A stretch of DNA of 64,000 nucleotides from Octopus sinensis. Lineage: Eukaryota. Below are positions 24,679 to 36,378 of the stretch, piece by piece. The position numbers and the translations under genes were made by a program. The number at the start of each line of letters is the position of its first letter. The stretch's first letter is position 1. The DNA is taken from positions 144,274,001 to 144,338,000 of the forward strand of contig NC_042998.1 in assembly GCF_006345805.1 (NCBI RefSeq), in the 5' to 3' direction. The notes under the pieces were generated by a model, which searched no databases, had not been told where the DNA came from, and saw only the letters and a list, made by a program, of their open reading frames with translations.

Positions 24679-24867
24679 GGTTTCAAATCTTTACACAAGG
24701 CCAGCAATTTCGGGGGGTGCTAAGTAGATTTTATTGACTCTTGTTTTCAACTGGTACTTATTTTATCAACCCTGAAAGGGTGAAAGGCAAAGTCGACCCT
24801 GGCAGAATTCGAACTCAGAACATAAGGACAGCCAAAACGCCACCAAGCATTTTGCCCAGCATCTTAC
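24679..24867 (-). mobile_element. tRNA-derived SINE family B, subfamily 1, with a 16-bp TSD
   Basis: Body TTTTATCAACCCTGAAAGGGTGAAAGGCAAAGTCGACC...GAACTCAGAAC. TCTAGCTATAAATAAT lies at 24663-24678 and 24868-24883. Confidence 0.85.
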
Positions 24868-25104
24868 TCTAGCTATAAATAATAACTCATAATACTGCAT
24901 CTACTGTAATAACCAGAGAATCGTGACATCATTACATTTATAGTGACTCTCTGGCTTACAACCATCCAAATTAGAGGCTTTAATCTGACAAGTGAGAAAG
25001 CAAGTTTGTTTATATTGAGAATGTAACAACAGAAGCATTGAGAAATATGAAAATAAATCTTCCATAAACAATGTCTCTCAAATGCCAACCCAGCTACAAA
25101 TAAT

Positions 25105-25309
25105 CCTTTCTACTATAGGCACAAGGCCTGAAATTTGGGGATAGGGGAGTAAGTTGATTACATTGCCCCCAGTGCTCAACTGGTACTTATTTCATCAACC
25201 CTGAAAGGATAAAAGGCAAAGTTGAGCCTGGCAGAATTTGAACTCAGAATGTAAAGACAGATGAAATACTGGTAAGCATTTTGCCCGGCGTACTAACTAT
25301 TGCTGCCTT
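25105..25309 (-). mobile_element. SINE family B, subfamily 2, with an 18-bp TSD (1 mismatch)
   Basis: AACCCAGCTA(C/T)AAATAAT lies at 25087-25104 and 25310-25327. Confidence 0.85.
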
Positions 25310-26324
25310 AACCCAGCTATAAATAATAACTCATAATACATAGGATTTGAAACCTCTTGGATGGCAATAAAATGGTAGAAAGCTACTTGCAGGATTCAAG
25401 ATTCGAACTACAGCTCTACTGAAACCTAGGTAGTCGTGATACCATTACACTAAAGTGGTTCAGATTTTCATCCATTCAAATAAGATGCTTTAATCTTACA
25501 GTTGAGAAAACAAGGTTGTTTATATTTAAAATATAAATATAGAAGAGTTGAGAAATATGTAAATAATCATCATCATCATCATTTAATGTCCGTTCTCCAT
25601 ATTGCATGAGTTGGACAGTTTGACAGAAGCTGGCCAGACTCCATTTTATCTGTTTTGACATGGTTTCTACAACTGGATGCCCTTCCTAATGCCAACCACT
25701 TTACATGTCCCCTCCACAATTAAAGATTGGCACTTCTTTATGTAGTTGCCCTCATCCATTTGCATCGCATGACCATACTAGCGCAATTCTCTCTTGCACA
25801 CAACAATCTGATGTCTCATATACCCAATTTTTCTCTCAAATCACTTACACTTTGTTGTACATGCACTGCCAATCCAACTATGACTAATAACTGATAATAC
25901 ATAGGGCTAGAAACCCCTTAGAATGGGGAAAAAAAGCTAGAAAGCTACTTAGAGGATTTGAAGCATACATAACCCAGATAATTGTGATAGCATTACAACC
26001 AAATTGGATGCATGGTTTGAATCTCATGTGTAGCTTTTCACCCTCTTTTCAACCAAGGGGTTTTTAACCTTATGTTTTACAAATTATTATTCATAGCTGG
26101 ATTGACATTTGAGATACATCATTTATAGAAGATTTATTTACATATTTCTCAATGCTTCTATATTTACATTCTAAACATAAATAAGATTGTTTACATTTCA
26201 GTTCATCTACCTGTTGAGAACATAGAACAGATATGTAAGAAACTGACAGTGTAAAAAACACTGAAGTAGGAGATACCAGTTTCATGTCACTCTGCATCCA
26301 CGCTATAACAGCCTTACACAGGCA

Positions 26325-26546
26325 CAGGCATGGCTGTGTGGTTAAGAAGCTTGCTTCCCAACCATGAAGTCTTGGGTTCACTCTGACTGCATGGTACCTA
26401 GGGAAAGTATCTTCTACTATAGCCCAGGTCAACCCAAGCCTTGTGAGTGTATTTGATAGACAGAAACTGAAAACAAGCCCATTATGTGTGTGTGTGTATT
26501 TGTGAAGGTGTGTGTATGTATATATATATATATATATTATATATAT

Positions 26547-26579
<33 letters not shown>

Positions 26580-26850
26580 CATCATCATCATCACCGTTTA
26601 ACATCCACCTTCCATGTTAGCATGGGTGGGATTATATATATATGTCTGTATTTGTCCCCTACCACCACTTGACAGCTGGTTTTGGTTTGTTTCCATCCCC
26701 ATAACTAAGCAGTTTAGCAAAAGAGACTTATAGAATAAGTACCAAACTTACAAACAAGTACTGAGGTTGATTTGTTCAACTAAACCCTTCAAGGTGGTGC
26801 CCCAGCATGGCTACAGTCCAATGACTGAATCAGTAAAAGACAAAAGTGAA
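26325..26850 (+). mobile_element. Family A SINE with an RTE-tail fragment inserted in its internal (TA)n
   Basis: Head at 26325-26480, (TA)n and (CAT)n plus an antisense RTE tail at 26520-26630, then the 3' half at 26640-26850. Confidence 0.75.
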
Positions 26851-27334
26851 ATTTTGGGTATATTATATATCATACTGGAGCATGTGAATGCATCAAAGCA
26901 CAAGTGTTGAGCATTATATGCCATCTATATGCACATCATTTCCCTTATAGGTAATTAGTGCCAGATATTTGGTCAATTGCCAACAACTGAGCTGAATTGC
27001 TACGCTGAAAAAGACTTGACTCCCATTTACTTTACATTATATAATGGAAAGAAAACAACAGGCCTTAAAAAGCTGTTCAGGGCTTAGGAGATACATATTT
27101 TTATATTTTACTCAAAAAGACCTATGGCTGTAATATGTTGAGACCACAGGTGATTGAGCTTATTAGCTAACTGCTAGGAGCTGTATCTGACTGCCACAGT
27201 CGGGAGCAGACCGTTAGCTGTTGGGTGCTGGTTGTTATTTCTAGCACCAGAAGTCAACAGTTGTACATAGATGAAAATGATGAAATCTGTTTGAGTTTTT
27301 ATCAACAAACTTTATTTCTTGCTGAGAAAATTTG

Positions 27335-27559
27335 GATGTTATTGAAATAGTATTACAACAAATGTTGAGAGAGCCCAGATGTTATTGAAATAGTATTACA
27401 ATGAATGTTGAGAGAGCCCAGATGTTATTGGAATAGTATTACAATGAATGTTGAGAGAGCCCAGATGTTATTGAAATAGTATTACAATGAATGTTGAGAG
27501 AGCCCAGATGTTATTGGAATAGTATTACAATGGATGTTGAGAGAGTTTAGATGTTATTG
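27335..27559. repeat. 43-bp minisatellite, 5 copies plus a partial
   Basis: Unit GATGTTATTG(A/G)AATAGTATTACAATGAATGTTGAGAGAGCCCA, head to tail with no spacers. Confidence 0.95.
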
Positions 27560-28289
27560 TATTAGAAATAGCATAGAAAAGTTACTACTAGTCATTGTAT
27601 TACTATGGATAGTTCAGTCAGGAAGATATTAGCTAGATTCAGCTGCTGCCTATGTCTGTTCACTGTGTCATCTGTCAGTCATCTCTACAACATCCTGTGC
27701 TCTCTGTGTATGGCAGTCAAGTATGTTGATTCTATACCAATTGATAGGCTCAGAAAAGAAGGCACCAAAGTTGATATCAGGCACTGTAGCCCCATTCCAC
27801 ATGAAGTCATGATTGGCCTGGCTAGATCCCATGGGCAGTATTCTTTCCAGGCAAAGTCACAATTGGTCAGATTCACCAATCATGTGAGCAACATTCCAGT
27901 GGATCGCAACATTCTGGTGAATGCTGAATCCTCCACTATAGACCAATGACTGCTATTAACTGCTATTTCTAGCCAGTCCTGTATTTGAAACATACACTCT
28001 CTTTAATGGATTTAGATGACTAAACAAAGTATTCAACTGCTATCTCTAACCATTACTGGTTCATTTTTATTGTGGAATGTGATGTCCCAAGATGTGGTTC
28101 CTGAAACATATATTCTCTCTAATGTGGAAGGAGAGGTTGTTGAGGGAGATTTGGCTGTTCCAATGAGAAGCTCTGCTCCTGGTTTCTTTTGATGGTTATT
28201 GCAGTAAAGATGAAATCAGAAAATACAAGATAGCATGAATTCTTCAATAATTTATTAAAGAAAGTTGGCAACAGATTTGGTTGATGATG

Positions 28290-28545
28290 ACAGTGACAGT
28301 AAAGATGATGATGATAATGAGGAGGAGGAGGAGGAGGAGGAAGAAGAAGAGCAGGGGGGGAAGACAAGCAGGAGGGGGAGGAAGACAAGCAGGAGGGGGA
28401 GGAAGACAAGCAGGAGGGGAGAAAGACAAGCAGGAGGGGAGAAAGACGAGCAGGAGGGGAGGAAGAAGAAGAGCAGGTGAAGGAAGAGGAGGAGCAGGAA
28501 GAAGAAGAGCAGGTGAAGGAAGAGGAGGAGCAGGAAGAGGAGTAC
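28290..28545. repeat. GA-rich compound tandem repeat (GAT/GAG triplets, 20-21-bp and about 33-bp units)
   Basis: AAGACAAGCAGGAGGGG(G)AG repeated about 5 times. GAAGAAGAGCAGGTGAAGGAAGAGGAGGAGCAG occurs twice. Confidence 0.85.
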
Positions 28546-29247
28546 TTGGTGAACATGACAGTATTAGTAAATGAGAATTGAAGAAAAAAAAGAAAAAAGA
28601 TAAGATATGAAATGGAATAAATATCTGTAAGAGAAAGAAAGTGAAATCAAGTTACAAGGAATAACTTCAGTACCAAAATGTTTAGTCTCTGCAACATAGA
28701 TGAAGGAAAATGGCAATTTTCCAGAAATTATTAAACAATAGGAAAAAAAAAGCATATGTGTAGGATGGTAGATGACAAGAAATAAATGGTAGATGAGTTC
28801 TTGTAGTTGTATAAAAGCAGCTTCGTGTTTCTTCTTCTTCATCTTGTTCTCCGACAATGTAATTAGTGCTTTAGACAAGATATTGTCTCAGAAAAGTCTG
28901 CTAGATACTCTACTTACACCAAATTCCAAAAAATTACTGTATGGCTGCTGGGTGTATAAGCACATGGTGTGTATTTGCTTTTGTATCTACATATATTTTG
29001 TATGTTTGCATGTGTGTGTGAGTGTATAGATGTTGTGTTACTTGTATAGATGCTATGTGAGAGTGTGTATGTATATATGTTTTTCTGTTTGTATATATAT
29101 TTACTTATGTGTATACAAATATATGTATGTGTGTGTGTAAGTATGTATATGAGGGTATATATGAATATGTTTGCAAACATATATACTTCTTTATGCATGT
29201 AGGTAGATGTGTGAGGGGGGATGTACATATGTATGTATATATATATG

Positions 29248-29319
<72 letters not shown>

Positions 29320-29320
<1 letters not shown>

Positions 29321-29710
29321 GCGTCACCTTACTAGCACTTGTGCTGGTGGCATGTGAAAAAACATTCAAGCGAGGTCGTTGCCAGTGCCGCTGGACTGGC
29401 TCCTGTGTAGGTGGCACATAAAAAGCACCATTTGAGCGTAGCCATTGCCAGTACTGCCTGACTGGCCCTCGTGCCAGTGGCATGTAAAAGCACCCACTAC
29501 ACTCTCAGAGTGGTTGGCATTAGGAAGGGCATCCAGCTGTAGAAACTCTGCCAGATGAGATTGGTGTCTGGTGCAGCCATCTGGTTTGCAAGAATTCAGT
29601 CAAATTATCCAACCCATGCTAGCATGGAAAGCGGATGTTAAACGATGATGATGATGATCACTTAGATATTGCGAAGTACATAAAATAATCATTTATTCCT
29701 TTATCATCTC

Positions 29711-29749
<39 letters not shown>

Positions 29750-30080
29750 CGATGCCAGACCCCTCTGGCACCTGTGCAGGTGGCACGTAAAAAGCACCCA
29801 CTACACTCGCGGAGTGGTTGGCGTTAGGAAGGGCATCCAGCTGTAGAAACACTGCCAGACTAGACTGGAGCCTGGGGCAGTCCCGAGCTCCCCAGACCCC
29901 GGTCGAAACCGTCCAACCCGTGCTAGCGCGGAAAACGGACGTTAAACGATGATGATGATGATGATGATACACACACATACACACTAGCAATGCACCTTGG
30001 CGTTGCCCAGGTGTTATGACCTACAGCCACATTGTCAACCCATGCTAGCATGGAAAGCGGACGCTAAATGATGATGATGA
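29320..30080 (+). mobile_element. Three consecutive RTE-type 3' tails with (GAT)n ends
   Basis: Copies at about 29320-29660, 29748-29968 and 30030-30080 end ...CATGCTAGCATGGAAAGCGGACGTTAAACGATGATGAT. The first two start at (TA)n tracts. Confidence 0.85.
29983..30013 (-). mobile_element. Helitron 3' terminus remnant
   Basis: Minus strand: ACCTGGGCAACGCCAAGG hairpin followed by TGCATTGCTAG|T. Confidence 0.55.
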
Positions 30081-30893
30081 TATACTCAGTTTTCGAGTTC
30101 AAGCGGAATGTACACACCACACACAATGCACTCTGATATTGCCCAGGTCACTGAAAACAATAACACCACAACCAACTGGTATTGCAGTACATGTCTCTGA
30201 TAAGGAAAAATTGATTTGATATTGTACCAATCAGTGAACATGGTGTGCATCTTGACCAATGAAGGGACATGTGGGCAGACTCACATGTGTATCTGACCTT
30301 AATTTGTCCTCACATAGATGTATGATATTGTTGTTGTCTTCACTGAAGTTATCACATCAGACATTTTGTTTGCCATTTCACCACCCACGTTATAGTACAC
30401 ACTCAACCACTGTGAAAATTAGGGAGACTGTAGCAAAATCCTTACAAACTTTGTGGCTTATGGAATGAATAATAGGTATGAATATATACAAATAACAGTA
30501 AGCAACTTGGCATAAATTGGGTTGACTAAAGAAAAAAATGTTAAAGGCAAAAAAGCTTGAAAGGTTTTAGTCATTGCTTCATGTCTTTACCACACTTGAA
30601 CAAATATAGGTTCTTACTGTGCTTAATCTCTGAGGAAATTTTATTGAATTTAAACCTGAAAATGCTTGTTTGGCATTCCTGAGTCATTTGCTATCAAGAA
30701 AATCTACATGGACAAATTGTTTTTGGTAGTAATGCCAGAAGCAATCAATTTTATGCCAGAAACACAGTTCATTAGTCAATTTTCTGTTAAAATTTGTGCA
30801 ATACTTTGTGCAATACTTCAAAGACATTGTTTAATCATGGAATACTGAAGACATTCACATTGGCAGTTTAGCTGTGGCACAAAGGCCATTATT

Positions 30894-31108
30894 CTTTTCT
30901 ACTCTAGGTACAAGACCTGAAATTTTGGGGGAGGGGCCAGTCGATCTGATCAACCCCAGTATGCAACAGGTACTTAATTTATTGACCCTGAAAGGATGAA
31001 AGGCAAAGTTGATCTCGGCAGAATTTGAACTCAGAACATAAAGACAGACAAAATACTGCTAAGCATTTCACCCAACATACTAATGTTTCTGCCAGCTTGC
31101 TGCCCTTC
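30894..31108 (-). mobile_element. SINE family B, subfamily 2, with a 13-bp TSD
   Basis: AAAGGCCATTATT lies at 30881-30893 and 31109-31121. Confidence 0.9.
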
Positions 31109-34100
31109 AAAGGCCATTATTGATAGAAAAATGTGCCAATAATTGTTCCAAAAACGCATGTTTTTGGTCATTTTCCATTGACAAACAGGGTTTTGTGCAT
31201 CACAAGTGCACTCAAAACACTCCTTGTACATTGCTGCATTTTTTGACACCAAAAATATTAAAATTGGCAATGTAGATTAGAAGCAAATCCAAATATTGCC
31301 CAAAATGACCTCTGCAACCTGACCTCATTTTCGAGGTTATTTTTGTAGTAAAAAAGAGTTGTGCAAAAAACATACTTCATTTGGTAGCCGAAAGATTCTG
31401 AATCTTTTGATACCTTATATGTCAAAATCAGCAACTCATTTTGAAATCAATTAGGAACATACACATCACACACAGACACACACACACAAACTCTGTTTTA
31501 TATACAAATATATATATATATATAATATATAAATTAGAGAAAAACCACTATTATGCAATTCAAACAATGATAGACATAAACCAAATCATAAATAAATTTA
31601 TGATTTGGTTTATGTCTATAATTTATATATTACATATTTATACAAAAGCTGAAGATTGGTGTTTTATGCTTCATGTAGTACACCAATTCCAACCAAAAAG
31701 CCTTGAGGGCTTGTGGCTCCACTATTAACCACAATGATGTACTAAAAAAAAATCATAGAGTCCTTCACTCAATTGTGTGCATGGGGCCATCTCTTGATGC
31801 AGGGCCCAATTTGAACAAATCTGTCAAATTGGCTTTAAATCAGCCCTGCTTGTATGCAGAGCTTCCAATTGACAGCTCTTGCACAAGTAAACTGTTTCTG
31901 GGACTTGTCCAATCAATTAATTATTTTATACTAGCCAGAGAATGACTAAACACATTTTCATGTATTAAAGCTATAACAAGACAATCTTGTGCATCACTAA
32001 TTTTAGAATGAGATCAAAAACATATCCCTCCCTCCTACTATAGCTCTCTTCCTCTCCTTTTCTCTATTATTTATATATAATGTTGTCAAAAATGGTGTTA
32101 AGACAATTACCACTTCATCCAATAAACAGAAGTGTTGGTGTAAATACCAGTTGAACCAATAAATAGTTGTAATTAAAGCAATCTATAAATGAAATCTGAA
32201 AGAAACATAAATTCCATAAATGTAAAAATAGAACAAAAACAAGTAACATGCTGGTAAATATTTAAAACAACAGTTTTTTTCTCAGTATAATACATGAATA
32301 TATGCATATATATGTATCATATTTTGAAATGCTATATTACATTGTGTTTTTCCATACAAGCGGATGTTCAACTATTGTTACAGTCTCACCCCAGTCCTTT
32401 AGCATCTAGCACATGTAACACAGAAAAACAAAATGGCCAACTTTGCTGTGTAAGATATTTTTTGTTTGTTTGTTTATGGTTAAATACTCTTCCTATCACC
32501 AACAGGTATTTTTGCTTTTGCACCTACCTTCAAGAACAGTGACAGTAGAAAGAAACTCAGTTTCATTCTTGCTTCAAAGAAAAGCTTTTAATGTTATCAC
32601 AAATCAGGAACAGCTTGAATTCAAGAAATGATTTTCTTTATAACTGTTTGCATAAAGCAAAATATCATCATCATAATCATTATAATCATCATTTAATGTT
32701 GAGATCTGATGGGCCCAAGGGTTGCATCATGCTCCATTATCAGTTTTGGCAAGGTTTCTACAGCTGGATGCCCTTCCTAACATCACCCACCATGCAGCAT
32801 GTACTGGTTGCATCTTTCATGAAACCAGAATTATTGAGATTACCATGTACCTTGCACAACTACAAACCCTGAAGGGGCAACTTTATACTAGGAGAATAAA
32901 GAGTACAGAGAGGTAAAGTATAAGAGAAAAGGGACCAAAACATCCATTATAGAAAATTTTCAACAAGAAATTTGACACCCTTTGCTTTCATTTTCACTTT
33001 TTATGTTTTCCCCCATTATTTATCCTTTTATTCTTTGGCATGTTCTGATTGTTTCTTGTTATGTATAGCTTTGTACATGAAAAATGAGTTCCAGAAGATT
33101 TTGAAAGTTAATATTTTTCTTCAAATATATTCCATTACTTGTTATCTCACTTTTTCATTTCATTGCTTTCTTTCTTTGTTTTATGATGGCATCAGTAAAA
33201 GTAAGATTGCTGTGGTGCTCTGCAAGACTAAAGAGCCCTCAATATTCTACACTGACTCCATTTATTCAGGATAACATGTTCAAGAAGATGAATAACAGGG
33301 AGTGTGATGGCAGACAATGAGCTAGAATCAGAAGGGGAAAGAAGCAATAATATGATGAGGGACTCCAAGAGAAAAAAGAGGGAGAAATGGAAAAAACACT
33401 ATGAAAAGGAGAAATACAAAAGCAACAGTAATGGCAGGATGTAAAGAGACAGACAGTAATAGCAACATAAAAGAGTAGACATCAGTAATAACAGGGGAGA
33501 GAAAGGGAGATGGTTAGCTGCACAGGAGGTGTCCAGTCCAACCTATACTTCATGAGCAAATTTGGTGCCATATTAAAAGCACTCTGCACACACTGTAAAG
33601 TGGTTGCTGTTAGGAAGGGCATCCAGCCATAGAAACGAACCAAATCAGACTGGAACTTGGTGCAGTACCCCAGCTTGCCAGCTCTGTTCAAGCCATTTAA
33701 CCCATGCCAGCATGGAAAACAAACTTTACAAGATGATGATGATAATGATATTTATATATACATACAACACACACAGATATACATGTGTGTGTGTGTGTGT
33801 GTCTTTTTGTTATGAGTGAGTTCATATGTCCCTTAGTCTCCATGTATGTTTACTGATTGTAAAAGAAAAGACTCATTCAGAGTCATTTATTTCTAGTTCT
33901 CTGCATAACCTTGTCTATTTGTTCAGAGACTGAGAAATCATTACTTTGCTTGGAAATGAGTGGAGGTTGGCATCAAGAAGAGCATCCAGCCACAGAAAAT
34001 ACTGCACTGATGTAGTCATATCTGATCATGAATGCATGATATGTATACATACATATGTATATATATATATATATAGACACACACACACACACACATACAT

Positions 34101-34576
34101 ATATATATATTGACTTTTCCAAAGGAAAGGTTGATAGTGACTTCGAAGTTTTGACTCACTCACCTTAGTGACTATTAACCTTTTCCTTGTATGGGTTTAA
34201 TAAATATGTACTCCACTAAAAAGTATTACGTAATTGTTGAATGTTAAATTGCTTTTACATAGAATTTGATGTGTGTGTGTGTGTTTACAGCTGAAATTTT
34301 GATAACTTGTGTCCTATCTCTGCCACAAGACCATGACTAAGAAATTCTATTTCCTTTGTAACATATTTTGAAATGTTATATCATTATCATATATATTACA
34401 CTGGGTTTTTCCACACATGTACAACTATTGTTATAGTCTCAGCACAGTCCTTTAACATCTAGCACATATTGTAACACAGAAAAACAAAATGGCCAACTCT
34501 GCTGTCTAGGATATTTTTTTTCTTTGTTTATGGTTAAACACCCTTCCTATCACCAACCAGTACTTTTGCTTTTACA

Positions 34577-34636
<60 letters not shown>

Positions 34637-34659
34637 CACACACATATGCATACATATAT

Positions 34660-35159
34660 ACATCACGTGCCTGGAGGAGATAGTGCTGCCTTAGATCAAG
34701 AGGGTAGCTGCTGGAAGACCCTATGTCTGGCAACAGGGCTCTGCACCATGTCACACAAGCAGGAGAACCCAGTCATAGCTGTCAGACAATTTCTGTGACC
34801 ACATCATCCCTAACATCTGGCCACCTAACTCCCCAGACTGGAATCTCCTTGATTATTATGTGTGGGGTGCAGTTGAGTGAGAGACTAACAAAACTCCTTG
34901 TAACACCAAAGATGAACCGAAGGCAAAGATTATGGCACCATTCACCACCTTAAACAAGGAGACCGTCCAGAAGAATTGCAGGAGATTACAAAGTTGTCTA
35001 GAAGCCGTGGTTGAAGCTAATGACGATTTTATTGAATAAATTTACTCTTTAGTATTTCAAGATATTTTTATGTAATTTTGGTAAATATATCTGTTAAAAT
35101 GAGATGTCAGTATTATTTTCCTTTTTGCATAATTCAGACAATATATTCACCGCGCCCTG
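34660..35159 (+). mobile_element. Tc1/mariner DD37D (maT-type) transposon, 3' relic
   Basis: Translation: RPYVWQQGSAPCHTSRRTQS*LSDNFCDHIIPNIWPPNSPDWNLLDYYVWG. There are 37 residues between the second catalytic position (D->G here) and the third D. A TIR-like end CAATATATTCACCGCGCCCTG follows. Confidence 0.9.
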
Positions 35160-35754
35160 CATTTATGAATGTGTACATATGTGTGTATATGTGTGTGTGT
35201 GTTTCTATCATAAACATGAACAAAACTACCAATAGTAACAATAATACATAGTATGAAAACAATAAGCAAATCCGTTCCAAATAAAAAGATACACTGTAGT
35301 ATCCTAGGGTATATTAACAGTTAACTGAAATGTCTTTGGTCTTAGATCTATGAAAATTGACTTGAGACTTAACAACCACAGCAACACAGTTAACAAGAAC
35401 AATATGACCACCATCTTCAACATCTAAACCAATGCAATCAACATCATCCCCACTATCAACACACCAACTTTTGAATCTAACTGGCTACAAGAGATATCAG
35501 CATGTATGCCAACACATATACATGCATGTGTGAGAGTGTATTTATGTCAAAGGGTGAATTGCCTATAAAATCTGCTGACTGTTCTCATGTAGTACTTTCT
35601 TTTCCTCAGTGCTGTATCTTTTCATTAATGCATCAATAGGAATAAGACAATTTTCTACAATCACAAAACAAATCTTTCTTGGGTCAATTTCTCTTACTAC
35701 ATATTTGTTGTGGATAATTAATCGCTGCTGTTGTTAGATTTGCCTTCAATTCAA

Positions 35755-35972
35755 CCCTTTCATTACCAACCCAGCTGAAACTGGCTCTGGCTCTGTAGTA
35801 CAAATGTCTTGTTTTCATAAGTTTTGAATTAAAATTTTCCACCAAACCTTAGTCACAATTTATGTTCCTAAAACTAGCTTTATAGCTAAGTTATTTTACT
35901 AAATTCTTTGTTATATTTAAAATAATTGAAAGAAACACAGAACATCTCAAAATAAATATGATAACAAAAGGG
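35755..35972. mobile_element. piggyBac-like MITE, second family
   Basis: TCAA|CCCTTT...AAAGGG|TTAA. A decayed relative lies at about 16470-16720. Confidence 0.65.
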
Positions 35973-36036
35973 TTAAGAAGTCTGGGAAGAAGCTGTCGAG
36001 CAGAACTGAAGGCAGTTGTGGTGTTATGAGCCATGC

Positions 36037-36345
36037 TGTGTTGTAGGGAAGGATCAGAAGTGAGGGAGTAGGCATGTCCTGTTGGAAGTAGGGCCTGTGG
36101 ATCCCACCAGAAGTGCCGTAGTGGACATGCAGCATCAGCGAAGCACAAGGGGCCAGTTGGCGGTGGACAGCACATCAGAGCAAACGTTGAGACTATATAG
36201 CAACGGATAGCGCATGTGGACTTAGAATGAACCTTGGAGATTGAGGCAGCACATGGATGTTGAAAATGACCATTTTTCCGGACCAACAGGTAAGATTACC
36301 ATAATTCTCTCTTCGCTTCTGTCTTTTTTCTTCCTTTACACTACA
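36037..36345 (+). mobile_element. 5' LTR of a Gypsy-like element
   Basis: TGT...ACA with an imperfect terminal inverted match (TGTGTTGTAGGGAAGG versus the reverse complement of CTTCCTTTACACTACA). It ends 33 bp before the gag ATG at 36379. Confidence 0.55.
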
Positions 36346-36378
36346 AGCTATTTCGGCTCCAAAAAAAAACCCCAAAAA

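Noticed and set aside
27335-27559. CRISPR-like array
   Set aside because: Units are directly adjacent with no unique spacers, no cas genes are present and the context is eukaryotic.
28119-28574. Acidic or Gly/Arg-rich ORFs
   Set aside because: They arise from GAG/GAA and 20-33-bp tandem repeats, are open in several frames, and have no splice or domain support.
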